Shown in pieces: positions 17,855 through 27,071 of a stretch of DNA of 49,612 nt (positions within the stretch are counted from its first letter, which is position 1; each line of letters starts with the position of its first letter). The notes under the pieces are model-generated. The model was not told where the DNA came from. It saw only the letters and a program-made list of their open reading frames with translations, and ran no database searches. The stretch is from NCBI GenBank assembly GCA_002338335.1, contig DDIC01000053.1, forward strand, positions 13,411-63,022. The letters are read 5' to 3'. A program made the position numbers and the translations under genes. The DNA is from Bacteroidetes bacterium UBA1860. GTDB taxonomy: Bacteria > Bacteroidota > Rhodothermia > Balneolales > Balneolaceae.

Positions 17855-20688
17855 GCAAACCAACTATTCAAAGGAGTCAAAAGCGATCCAATGGGTCTCT
17901 TGCAGCAGATCGTCCCATCAAAATCACAGGCGCTCGAGTCCATAATCTCAAGAATATTGATGTAGAGATTCCTCGCAACTCCTTGACAGTTGTGACCGGT
18001 GTCTCTGGCTCGGGAAAGTCTTCTCTTGCCTTTGATACATTATACGCCGAGGGGCATCGTCGGTATGTAGAGAGTCTTTCCAGCTATGCTCGTCAGTTCC
18101 TAGAGCGCATGGACAAACCCGATGTGGATACCCTCACTGGGATTTCACCTGCGATGGCGATTCAGCAAAAAACGATTGGAAGTAACCCCCGATCTACCGT
18201 AGGGACCACAACGGAGTTGTATGATTATGTGCGCCTATTGTTTGCGCGTATCGGAGAGACCTTCTCGCCCATCTCAGGGGAGAAAGTGAGCAAAGACACC
18301 CCTCAGGAGGCTGCCGAGCGACTTCAACAGGTCTTAAGCAACGGCGAGAAGTATATGGTCTTGTTTCCGGTCGATTTGCACAGCGAGGCGTCGGTGAAGA
18401 AGGAGCTTGGGACGTTGCTTGAAAAAGGATTCACCCGTGTGATGAATGTAGACAACGAGCAGGTATTCACACTACCCGAGCAGCAAAAAGAGGCGGAGTC
18501 GATTCCCGGTGAGAAGCTCCGTGTGCTTGTGGATCGATTAAGCGCCGCGTGGGATGAGGAGTCGATCACACGCTTGACTGGATCTCTTGAAACAGCGTTT
18601 CAAAATGGCGCGGGGCGCTGTTCAGTCAAAAAACGTGGAGGCGAGGAGTGGGACTTTAGTGAACGATTTGAGCGAGATGGGATGGAGTTTACCGAACCAA
18701 CTCCACAAATGTTCTCCTTTAATAATCCTTATGGTGCTTGCTCACGATGTGAAGGGTTTGGTCGGACTGCGGGCATTGATGAAGACCTCGTGATTCCAGA
18801 TCCAGACAAAACGATTCGGGACGGTGCTATTGCACCCTTTCAAAGCCCGAAACATAGTGCTTCACTCAAGCGATTGGTCAAGGTTTTTGCAAGGCATCAG
18901 CTTCCTATTGATACCCCGTATGCACTGCTAGACAAATCTGTACAAAAGATTCTTTGGAAGGGTCTCGAAGAGTATGAAGGGATTGATACGTTTTTTGAGG
19001 AAATCCGTGAGCAATTCTACAAAATGCATATGCGTGTATTCTACGCTAAGTATCGCGGCTATGCGAAATGCCCTGAGTGTGAAGGGTATCGTGTGCGAAA
19101 GGATGCGTTGTATGTGAAACTTCAAGACCATCATATTGGTGAGGTCACTGAAATGACCTTGGGACATGCAAAGGAGTTTTTTGAACACCTCCAGCTTCGG
19201 CCTTGGCAGGAAGATGTAGCGGGTCAGATTTTGTATGAGATTCGAAAACGACTCGACTATCTGAATCGCGTGGGCCTTGATTATCTTACGCTTGATCGTG
19301 CGACAAATACGTTGAGTGGAGGAGAATCTCAGCGCATAAGTTTGGCGAATGCCTTGGGAAGCTCCTTGATTGGAAGTTTATATGTATTGGATGAACCCAC
19401 GATTGGTCTCCACCCTCGCGATAATGACCGCCTCATTGACATCCTGAAGTCACTACGTGATATCGGCAATACACTCGTTGTCGTAGAACACGACCCTGAA
19501 ATGATGGCCGCAGCGGATCATATTATCGATATGGGTCCCTTTGCAGGGCAACATGGTGGAGATGTGGTCTTTGCTGGATCCTATGATGCGCTTCGTGAGG
19601 CCAATACCCTTACGGGTCGCTACCTCAGTGGTCGAACCACCATGGATATTCCCAAGACCCGACGCAAAGGGAAAGGTCGATCTTTGGTGCTAAAAGGGGC
19701 AAGCGAACACAACCTCAAAACCATCGATGTTGAGTTTCCATTACACCGTATGGTGTGTATCACTGGCGTGTCGGGGTCAGGTAAGTCTACCCTGGTACAT
19801 GATACCCTTGTCGCAGCATTAAAAAAGGAATTAAGGCAGTCTGTCGATCGTTTGGGTCGGTTCCACACGCTGGAGGGTGGTCTGCATGTCTATGATGTAG
19901 AGATGGTTGATCAATCCCCGATTGGACGATCATCACGAAGCAATCCAGCAACCTACAGCAAAGCGTTTGATGGCATTCGTGACGTGTTTGCACAATCCAA
20001 ACAGGCCAAACTGCTTGGGTTATCGCCCGGGCATTTTTCGTTTAATGTTCCCGGTGGGCGATGTGAGGCTTGCCAAGGGGAAGGGGTTCAGACGATCGAG
20101 ATGCAGTTTATGGCCGACATTGAGTTGGTGTGTGAAGAGTGCGAGGGGGCACGTTTCCGTAAAGAGATTCTCCAAGTCAAAGTGGATGGACACTCGATTC
20201 ATGATGTGCTAGAGCTCTCCATTTCAGATGCCCTGGATCTTTTTAAAGACCATAACGCGATCCACAGCCGGTTGTTACCGATGGAGCGTGTGGGCCTTGG
20301 CTATCTGAAGCTGGGGCAAAGCGCCACGACGTTAAGTGGTGGGGAGGCCCAACGGGTAAAACTGGCAAAATTTTTAACCAAGCCATCCTCGGAGCATACC
20401 TTGTATGTCTTTGATGAGCCTACGACTGGGCTCCATTTTGAGGATGTCCGCCGTTTGCTTGATTCATTCCACGAGCTTGTGGACCTTGGTCACAGTGTAC
20501 TACTGATTGAGCATAATGTTGACATCATGATGGCATCGGATTGGATTATTGACCTTGGGCCTGAAGGAGGCTTTGGTGGAGGCAAGGTGATTGCTACCGG
20601 AACACCTGAGGAGGTGATGAAGTTGGAGGAGAGCCATACTGGGCGTTATCTAAAACGACATGTGGAGGCACTTTCGTGGAATCGTTAA
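17851..20688 (+). CDS. uvrA: Excinuclease ABC subunit A
   Basis: 945 aa. Two ABC modules ([50 protein letters not shown]) and zinc fingers ([24 protein letters not shown]...CEECEGARF). The GTG start overlaps the pepP stop as GTGA. Confidence 0.97.
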   Translation: MSKPTIQRSQKRSNGSLAADRPIKITGARVHNLKNIDVEIPRNSLTVVTGVSGSGKSSLAFDTLYAEGHRRYVESLSSYARQFLERMDKPDVDTLTGISPAMAIQQKTIGSNPRSTVGTTTELYDYVRLLFARIGETFSPISGEKVSKDTPQEAAERLQQVLSNGEKYMVLFPVDLHSEASVKKELGTLLEKGFTRVMNVDNEQVFTLPEQQKEAESIPGEKLRVLVDRLSAAWDEESITRLTGSLETAFQNGAGRCSVKKRGGEEWDFSERFERDGMEFTEPTPQMFSFNNPYGACSRCEGFGRTAGIDEDLVIPDPDKTIRDGAIAPFQSPKHSASLKRLVKVFARHQLPIDTPYALLDKSVQKILWKGLEEYEGIDTFFEEIREQFYKMHMRVFYAKYRGYAKCPECEGYRVRKDALYVKLQDHHIGEVTEMTLGHAKEFFEHLQLRPWQEDVAGQILYEIRKRLDYLNRVGLDYLTLDRATNTLSGGESQRISLANALGSSLIGSLYVLDEPTIGLHPRDNDRLIDILKSLRDIGNTLVVVEHDPEMMAAADHIIDMGPFAGQHGGDVVFAGSYDALREANTLTGRYLSGRTTMDIPKTRRKGKGRSLVLKGASEHNLKTIDVEFPLHRMVCITGVSGSGKSTLVHDTLVAALKKELRQSVDRLGRFHTLEGGLHVYDVEMVDQSPIGRSSRSNPATYSKAFDGIRDVFAQSKQAKLLGLSPGHFSFNVPGGRCEACQGEGVQTIEMQFMADIELVCEECEGARFRKEILQVKVDGHSIHDVLELSISDALDLFKDHNAIHSRLLPMERVGLGYLKLGQSATTLSGGEAQRVKLAKFLTKPSSEHTLYVFDEPTTGLHFEDVRRLLDSFHELVDLGHSVLLIEHNVDIMMASDWIIDLGPEGGFGGGKVIATGTPEEVMKLEESHTGRYLKRHVEALSWNR

Positions 20689-21335
20689 CAGATCTCTCTA
20701 CCGCCGTATACTCCTCCTTAGCACTGCTGCTCGCCACGTTTGCATCGCTGTTTTCGGTGGTCAATCCTTTGGCTGCTGCACCTGTGTTTTTGTTGTTGAC
20801 CGATCAAGATTCCGACCAAGAACGCAATCAAACGGCTCGGAAAGCTGCTGTCTATATGTTTGGCATATTAATCACTTTCTTGTTGCTGGGAAGTTACATC
20901 ATGAGCTTTTTTGGGATTAATCTTGCAGGAATTCGGATTGCCGGTGGGCTGATCATTATGCGTGCGGCGTTTTCGATGTTAAGTCCAGAGAAATCGGGGC
21001 GTAAGCTGTCCAAAGAGGATGAACTCGCTGCGATGGAAAAAGAGGATGTTTCTTTTAGTCCATTGGCGATGCCGTTGTTGTCCGGACCTGGCAGTATTGC
21101 TGTTATCATTGGTTTTGCCTCCCAGGCTAACAATGTGATTGATTATGCGATTTATGGACTCGCTATTGTCTTAGCAGCGATTTCAGCCTTTGGAATTTTG
21201 CGTCTTGCACCCTTTGTGAGAAAGTGGCTAGGCCAAACAGGGCTAAGTGCCATGACTCGGATGATGGGATTTATTGCCCTTGCCATTAGTGTTCAGTTTG
21301 TCCTAAGCGGAATTTCCCGTTTCTTCAATTTATAA
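20676..21335 (+). CDS. MarC-family (UPF0056) integral membrane protein
   Basis: 219 aa with six predicted transmembrane segments. Family-typical N-terminus FSVVNPLAAAPVFLLLT. GTG start, overlapping the uvrA end by 13 nt. Confidence 0.8.
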   Translation: MESLTDLSTAVYSSLALLLATFASLFSVVNPLAAAPVFLLLTDQDSDQERNQTARKAAVYMFGILITFLLLGSYIMSFFGINLAGIRIAGGLIIMRAAFSMLSPEKSGRKLSKEDELAAMEKEDVSFSPLAMPLLSGPGSIAVIIGFASQANNVIDYAIYGLAIVLAAISAFGILRLAPFVRKWLGQTGLSAMTRMMGFIALAISVQFVLSGISRFFNL

Positions 21336-21363
21336 GGGGTCAAAACCACCCCGACACCGGATT

Positions 21364-21858
21364 ATGGATCAGCAGCGTGCTCATTATCGTGAATTGTTTC
21401 AGTTTGACTTATGGTCGAACCGCCAATTGATCAAACTTTTTGAAAGAGAACCATCGTTTGAACATAGGACTGCCTGCATGGCGTTTGTAAGCCATATTCT
21501 CACAGTTCAGCAGATTTGGTTCCATAAATTGATTGGCGATGCTATGGCTTCTGACTTGGATCCTTGGGCAGAGTATTCAGTTGAAGAGCTCAAGCTCAAG
21601 GCCAAAAATCTACATGCGCTTTGGCTAGATGTGATTGATGACGAGGAATCTTCCCTTGATATGGAGTGTTTTATGTCGAAGCCTGATGGATCGTCGATGC
21701 AAATGCCCTTATGGCGAATCTTACACCACCTGATTGTTCATGGCCAGCACCATCGAGCGCAGGTGTCGCAATTTTTAATGAAGTCTGGGATGACGCACTC
21801 CATTGCGGATCGCCCTCTACCCTCTGACGCTCAAATGACCTTTACATGGAACTCTTAG
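21364..21858 (+). CDS. DinB-fold (DinB/YfiT-like four-helix-bundle, metal-binding) protein; not DNA polymerase IV
   Basis: 164 aa. His triad pattern (HILTVQQIWFH ... HHLIVHGQHHRAQV) typical of the DinB_2/DinB superfamily. Confidence 0.7.
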   Translation: MDQQRAHYRELFQFDLWSNRQLIKLFEREPSFEHRTACMAFVSHILTVQQIWFHKLIGDAMASDLDPWAEYSVEELKLKAKNLHALWLDVIDDEESSLDMECFMSKPDGSSMQMPLWRILHHLIVHGQHHRAQVSQFLMKSGMTHSIADRPLPSDAQMTFTWNS

Positions 21859-23216
21859 AAGCTTGGACCGGTGCGTTTTCTGGATTTATGTGGGGATACC
21901 CTCTGGTCATTTTATTGGTGGGTGGGGGTCTCTTTTTTCTACTTTATTCGCAGTTTTTGCCGTTTCGGTATTTGAAGCATGCAGTCGGCGTCCTCGCCGG
22001 TAAATATGATGACCCTAATGATCCCGGCGATATCAATCACTTCCAAGCGCTGTCGAGTCATATGGCGTCGACGATTGGAATGGGAAATATTTCAGGGGTT
22101 GCCGTGGCGATTGTCGTGGGTGGGCCTGGCGCGTTGTTCTGGATGTGGATGAGTGCCATTGTAGGGATGGCGACAAAGTTCTTTACCGGGACATTATCCA
22201 TCCTTTATCGAGGCAAAGATTCTGAAGGGGAAATTCAAGGCGGGCCTATGTATGTGATTCGTGAAGGTCTGTCAAAAAAATGGCATGGACTGGCTGTGCT
22301 GTTCTCTATTGCTGGGCTCATCGGCCCCTTGCCCATTTTTCAAGCGAATCAATTGACTCAAATTCTGAGAGATTCCATTTATATCCCCTATGGTTTGGTG
22401 GATGCTGGAGACCCGTTCATGGGGAATCTACTCACGGGAATTGTCCTTGTTGGACTCGTGTCCCTCGTCATTTTTGGCGGCATTAAACGGATTGGCTACC
22501 TAGCCGCTCGCATGGTCCCAGCCATGGTGGTGGTATATGTGAGTTCTGTTTTGATCATCCTGGCGGTACACATTACAGAGGTGCCCTATTATCTGGGGTT
22601 AATTGTGACCGATGCATTTACGGCTAATTCTGTTCTGGGTGGAGCTGTGGGGTCGTTAATCATTGTGGGTATCCAACGTGCAGCTTTCTCGAATGAGGCA
22701 GGAATTGGTACAGAATCCCTTGCCCATGGAGCAGCTAAAACGAAGGAGCCGGTGCGTGAAGGGCTCGTTGCGATGTTGGGCCCTGCCATCGATACGCTTT
22801 TGGTGTGTACGATGACAGCCTTGGCTATTTTGGTGACCGGGGTGTGGGAAACAAGCGAGGCGAATGGGGTTACACTCACATTGAATGCGTTTAATGAAGC
22901 CTTACCAGGGTGGGGTACATGGCTTCTGCTCGTGTCCGTGATGGCGTTTAGTGTATCTTCCATGTTGGCCTATTCCTATTATGGCACGAAATGCTTGTCT
23001 TATTTGATTGGTGCTAAACGTGCAAAGATCTACAATTACTTTTATGTAGGGACCATTATTTTGGGCGCCGTCGTATCGATTGATGTGGTGGTGAATCTCA
23101 TTGATGGAACCTTTGCGACCATGGCCATTCCAACCATGGTGTCAGCTCTGTTGTTAGCCCCCAAAGTGAAAGCCGCTGCAACAGATTACTTTCAACGAAT
23201 GAAACAAAACGGATAA
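21846..23216 (+). CDS. Alanine/glycine:cation symporter (AGCS family)
   Basis: 456 aa and polytopic. FQALSSHMASTIGMGNISGVAVAIVVGGPGALFWMW is the AGCS signature region. Overlaps the DinB-fold gene by 13 nt. Confidence 0.9.
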   Translation: MELLEAWTGAFSGFMWGYPLVILLVGGGLFFLLYSQFLPFRYLKHAVGVLAGKYDDPNDPGDINHFQALSSHMASTIGMGNISGVAVAIVVGGPGALFWMWMSAIVGMATKFFTGTLSILYRGKDSEGEIQGGPMYVIREGLSKKWHGLAVLFSIAGLIGPLPIFQANQLTQILRDSIYIPYGLVDAGDPFMGNLLTGIVLVGLVSLVIFGGIKRIGYLAARMVPAMVVVYVSSVLIILAVHITEVPYYLGLIVTDAFTANSVLGGAVGSLIIVGIQRAAFSNEAGIGTESLAHGAAKTKEPVREGLVAMLGPAIDTLLVCTMTALAILVTGVWETSEANGVTLTLNAFNEALPGWGTWLLLVSVMAFSVSSMLAYSYYGTKCLSYLIGAKRAKIYNYFYVGTIILGAVVSIDVVVNLIDGTFATMAIPTMVSALLLAPKVKAAATDYFQRMKQNG

Positions 23217-24430
23217 TGGGCGCGCTTCCCTTTCGTTTTCCTAAAAATGATCGAGGGTGGAATCGCCTTAGTCACTCCTTTTTGAAACTGACTGTCGTTA
23301 ACAGTGCTCGTTGGATGTACAATCCAAGGATTTTTGGTCAAAAGCATATGCCAACCACAGGACCGTGCTTCATTTTTGCCAATCACTCCAACAATTTTGA
23401 CCCCTTTGTGTTGAATGTGAAGATGCCAAAAGAACCAACGGCTGGGGTCATGACAAGGGATCAATTTTATAAGCCGCTTCCCGCATTATTTATGGATAGC
23501 ATTGGCATTGTCCCAACGAGCAAATATGTGCCAGATCCCTCCGTAATTCGGAGTGTGATCAAGTTGTTGCAGCAGCAAAGGATGATTGTCATTTTTCCTG
23601 AGGGGGGACGCCGGTGGTCGGGTCGACCCAAACCGCCGATTGAATCGACCATGAAATTGTTTTACAAAATGAAGGTGCCAGCACATCCTGTTCAAATCCA
23701 TGGATCGTATGTTGGGTGGCCCCGTTGGGCGACCTACCCAAGACGCAGTCGACAGAATATTCACTTTTTAACGCCTCTTCATCCCGAAGAGTTTACAGAT
23801 TACCAAAGCTTTTACGACGCTTGTGTGGAGGCGCTAGATTTTGAAGAGGAGCGGCCCGCACCCGAAACGATTCCATTTTGGGCCCATAAGCCTGCGGTAG
23901 GGATTGATATGTTGCTCTATCGGTGCCCAACATCGGGACGTACAGGGGCTATTCAACCTACTGAAGATGGATGGGGAGTTCAGAGTGTGACCGATGACTC
24001 CTTTCGTGCCCGTATGACATTGGCATCACAGCTTCGTTTTGAAGGGTCGGACCCCGAGGAACCGGCTGAGATTCTTAGTCCATGGCTCGATAAGATTCGG
24101 AAGCTTCCCATGTTTGAAAATGCTCATGGGGTGTTGGAGCAAGATCCTGAAGCGGTAATCTACTCCATTACACCAACGTTTGAGCAGATAAAGCTAGGAG
24201 TAGGTCACGTATGGCTTGAGCGTGAAAGGATACGTTTTGAGGTTGGGAGTATGAAAAGGGTATTGCCGTTGGAGGAGATATTAGCCATCTCGATAGAGCA
24301 ACGACGGAGTTTATCGATTACGCTGGCCAACGAGACGTGGCAGATAGAGCTTCATCAAGGCTATGCACTCCAGTGGAAAGATTATATCCAGCGTCTGCAA
24401 AAAAAAGAGCCTCCCATACGCGAATCGTAG
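23216..24430 (+). CDS. PlsC-like lysophospholipid/glycerol-phosphate acyltransferase domain protein with a C-terminal extension of about 200 aa
   Basis: H-x4-D catalytic motif NHSNNFD (23384..23401) and FPEGGRR. The ATG shares 1 nt with the symporter stop (TAATG). The C-terminal half is unassigned. Confidence 0.65.
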   Translation: MGALPFRFPKNDRGWNRLSHSFLKLTVVNSARWMYNPRIFGQKHMPTTGPCFIFANHSNNFDPFVLNVKMPKEPTAGVMTRDQFYKPLPALFMDSIGIVPTSKYVPDPSVIRSVIKLLQQQRMIVIFPEGGRRWSGRPKPPIESTMKLFYKMKVPAHPVQIHGSYVGWPRWATYPRRSRQNIHFLTPLHPEEFTDYQSFYDACVEALDFEEERPAPETIPFWAHKPAVGIDMLLYRCPTSGRTGAIQPTEDGWGVQSVTDDSFRARMTLASQLRFEGSDPEEPAEILSPWLDKIRKLPMFENAHGVLEQDPEAVIYSITPTFEQIKLGVGHVWLERERIRFEVGSMKRVLPLEEILAISIEQRRSLSITLANETWQIELHQGYALQWKDYIQRLQKKEPPIRES

Positions 24431-24438
24431 AGAGGCTC
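24399..24438 (-). terminator. Rho-independent terminator for the azurin-like gene, embedded in the last codons of the convergent acyltransferase CDS
   Basis: Minus-strand RNA: GAGCCUC (24438..24432) pairs with GAGGCUC (24413..24407). An inner UACG-AUUCG-CGUA hairpin sits between them, and U8 follows (24406..24399). It starts 31 nt after the azurin stop. Confidence 0.5.
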
Positions 24439-24469
24439 CAAAATGTACTTCGTTTAAGCGGGTCGAGCG

Positions 24470-25018
24470 TTACTCAACGATTAGAACACCGACCATACCG
24501 CTTGTGTAGTGACCAGGGAAGCTACAAACAAACGTGTACTCGCCAGGCTCAGTAGGCACAGTGAATGTGATTTCAGTAGACTCGCCACCACCTATCATTG
24601 TTGTGTTGGCAATAACCATATTTTGCATGTCAGGTGCTATATAGTCTGTATCGCGAGCTGTAATCGATGCGTTTATAAACGCATTAACATCTGTATCTGC
24701 GGCAAGAAGTGCAAAATTGTGAGCCATTGCAATAGCTGGCATTTCTGATTCTGTCATTAAATTGATACGGATTTCCTCTCCAGCTGATGCAGTAATAGAT
24801 TCAAGCTTCAAGTACTCACCAACTGGCTCACCCGTTGTAATACCTTCGGATGCTTCGGAGACTACATACTTTAATTGATCCACACCAATAATATTAATTG
24901 TACGAATGTCATTGGCAGCGGAAGCTGTTTCAGCAGGGGCATCCATCGACTCACCGCCTCCACATGCTGTAAATGCGAATAGACTGGCTAAAAGTCCAAG
25001 GGAAAGAAGATTTTTCAT
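24470..25018 (-). CDS. Azurin-like type-1 (blue) copper protein, probable lipoprotein
   Basis: 182 aa. Signal/lipobox MKNLLSLGLLASLFAFTAC. Copper ligands in azurin-like spacing: AMAHNFAL (His) and FVCSFPGHYTSGM (Cys, His, Met). Confidence 0.8.
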   Translation of the reverse strand: MKNLLSLGLLASLFAFTACGGGESMDAPAETASAANDIRTINIIGVDQLKYVVSEASEGITTGEPVGEYLKLESITASAGEEIRINLMTESEMPAIAMAHNFALLAADTDVNAFINASITARDTDYIAPDMQNMVIANTTMIGGGESTEITFTVPTEPGEYTFVCSFPGHYTSGMVGVLIVE

Positions 25019-25127
25019 AGAAGTAATTAGGTTTTAGTTAAGCTGCACAAGATAGTAAACCTATATGTCTCGCGGTATCATTCCTTATTATCCTTGGACA
25101 AAAACGCGTGCCTTCGACAGATTTGTT

Positions 25128-26060
25128 TTAGTCATCAAATCGGAGCCGCACGGTGCCGCCAGAAGTGCTCGCACGGACAAGTGGCCCCCCACTCATAATC
25201 ACGCCTTCCATTTTGTTTCGCTCGGATCGTCCTGTAAACTGAACCATATCCACATCTACACGGGATCCTTTTAGATCGAGTTCGTACCCTTTTTGCAAAG
25301 GGATATCAATCGTAATATTACCACCGCTTGTATCGAGATCAATGTCCCCCTTGACTCGGGTTAATTCACAAGTGATCGACCCTCCTGACGTACGTGCAAT
25401 AACCGGGCCGCCATAAGATTCAAAGATCGTGATAGACCCTCCAGAAGAACGCACTTCGATCGAACCCTTCGTGTCCCTTACTTGTATCGACCCACCAGAG
25501 GTACGGGCAAGTAGTTGTCCGTTAATTCGTGAAAACGTCATGCTGCCACCTGAGGTTCTCACTTCAGCTGTGCCATCTATGTCCTTCAACTCTACAGAGC
25601 CGCCTGAGGTGCGTCCTAAAATCGTCCCTTTGATGCCGCTAGCATCAAGGCTTCCACCAGAGGTTTTCATTTCAAGCTTGGTTGTGGTTGGGGTGTAGAC
25701 TCTGTAAGAAATACTCGTATTATTTCGCCAATTCCAACCGTTTGAGTTACTCTCGGCCACGACAGAAATGGAGGCTCCTTGTTGCTTGACTACAATGGTG
25801 ACATCTTCTAAATCACCCTCTTTGATCAGTTTTCCTCCTTTACGTGCGAATATCTGCACTTCGACGGTTGATCTATCCGACCCAATCACCTCAATGGCCC
25901 CACCACTTGTTTCTAGAAGCAGCTGTGGGTTAGCAACGTCAAATACCTCAACTTGATAGGCATCACGAGCTTGCTGAGCATGCAGGTTGGAAAAGCCTAT
26001 TGCTACGAGTATACAGGCAGTAAGAATCGTATGGGTCAAACGGTGGAAACGTGAGGACAT
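25128..26060 (-). CDS. Secreted DUF4097-like beta-helical repeat protein
   Basis: Start moved to ATG 26060 (MSSRFHRLTHTILTACILVAIGFSNLHAQQ, a signal peptide). About 8 consecutive units of roughly 18 aa begin with TSGGS (TSGGSLDAS..., TSGGSVELK..., TSGGSMTFS..., TSGGSIQVR..., SSGGSITIF..., TSGGSITCE..., TSGGNITID..., TSGGTVRLR). Confidence 0.65.
   Translation of the reverse strand: MSSRFHRLTHTILTACILVAIGFSNLHAQQARDAYQVEVFDVANPQLLLETSGGAIEVIGSDRSTVEVQIFARKGGKLIKEGDLEDVTIVVKQQGASISVVAESNSNGWNWRNNTSISYRVYTPTTTKLEMKTSGGSLDASGIKGTILGRTSGGSVELKDIDGTAEVRTSGGSMTFSRINGQLLARTSGGSIQVRDTKGSIEVRSSGGSITIFESYGGPVIARTSGGSITCELTRVKGDIDLDTSGGNITIDIPLQKGYELDLKGSRVDVDMVQFTGRSERNKMEGVIMSGGPLVRASTSGGTVRLRFDD
25131..25664 (-). 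repeat. Protein-coding tandem repeat (about 54-nt / 18-aa TSGGS units) inside the DUF4097-like gene
   Basis: On the plus strand it shows as recurring CCNCCAGANGT / CCNCCTGAGGT blocks. The periodicity is read from the translated ORF. Confidence 0.6.
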
Positions 26061-26175
26061 GGGGCTATCGTTAGTCGAAAAGTTCTTTGTATACGACCTG
26101 TTTCTTTTAAAGTTTCGTATGCCCATTTGCTGTGATTTCGTACTTTTGTTCACTTGATGATTCAACTCCTTCTAC

Positions 26176-27027
26176 ATGAAAACACCCTACATCTTTGCAA
26201 AGCGTTTCGTCGCTGGTGAGTCCTATGACGTAGCCGAAAAAAAAGTACAACGGATTAACCAAAAGAGGATCCGTGTAACCCTCGATTTATTAGGTGAAAA
26301 CATCAAGGATGCTACCACTGCCGCAGAAACCGTCGATGCCTATATCGAGTTGCTGGAACAAATTAAAGCGTCAACGTTAGATAGCTCCATTTCTGTGAAG
26401 CTCACGATGATGGGATTGGATATTTCGGAGGAGGTTTGTTATGCAAATCTATCGAGACTCCTAGATACAGCGAAAGCACACAACCAGTTTGTGCGCATCG
26501 ATATGGAGGGGTCCGATTACACCCAAGCCACGATAGATTTATTCAAACGTGCACTTAAAACCTATCAAGGACATGTGGGCATCGTCCTTCAAGCATACTT
26601 ACACCGTACTGAGAAGGATGTGGCTGATCTGGCCGCACTAGGAGCGGACATTCGACTGTGTAAGGGGGCTTACAGGGAGCCGGCCAATATCGCCTTACAA
26701 TCCATGGACGATATACGAGCAGCGTACAAAGAGTATGCAAAGGTCTTGATTGAAAAAACAGCTTTCCCACGGATGGCGACTCATGATGGATCACTCGTTA
26801 CGTGGCTCCAGGAGTATGCAACGTCTGAAGGACTGGCCAAGGATCGATTTGAGTTTCAGATGTTGTACGGATTGAGAGAAAAAACTATGAATGAGCTCTC
26901 CGCAGATGGGTGGAAAACATGTATATACGTCCCTTATGGCACCATGTGGTTCCCCTACTTCACGCGCCGCCTGATGGAAAGAAAAGAGAACGTTTTCTTT
27001 ATCGCGACGACGCTATTAAAGCCCTAA
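26176..27027 (+). CDS. Monofunctional proline dehydrogenase
   Basis: 283 aa. RIDMEGSDYTQATIDLF, VLQAYLHRTEKDV, IRLCKGAY and FQMLYGLR match the short bacterial PRODH family. Confidence 0.8.
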   Translation: MKTPYIFAKRFVAGESYDVAEKKVQRINQKRIRVTLDLLGENIKDATTAAETVDAYIELLEQIKASTLDSSISVKLTMMGLDISEEVCYANLSRLLDTAKAHNQFVRIDMEGSDYTQATIDLFKRALKTYQGHVGIVLQAYLHRTEKDVADLAALGADIRLCKGAYREPANIALQSMDDIRAAYKEYAKVLIEKTAFPRMATHDGSLVTWLQEYATSEGLAKDRFEFQMLYGLREKTMNELSADGWKTCIYVPYGTMWFPYFTRRLMERKENVFFIATTLLKP

Positions 27028-27071
27028 GATCTGGTTCCTAGATTGTCTTCTCGACCGTTATTCTTCGACGG

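Noticed and set aside
25131-25664. Regularly spaced DNA repeats that could superficially suggest a CRISPR-like array
   Set aside because: The periodicity is about 54 nt with degenerate units. It lies in one continuous ORF and translates to TSGGS protein repeats. There are no unique spacers and no cas genes.
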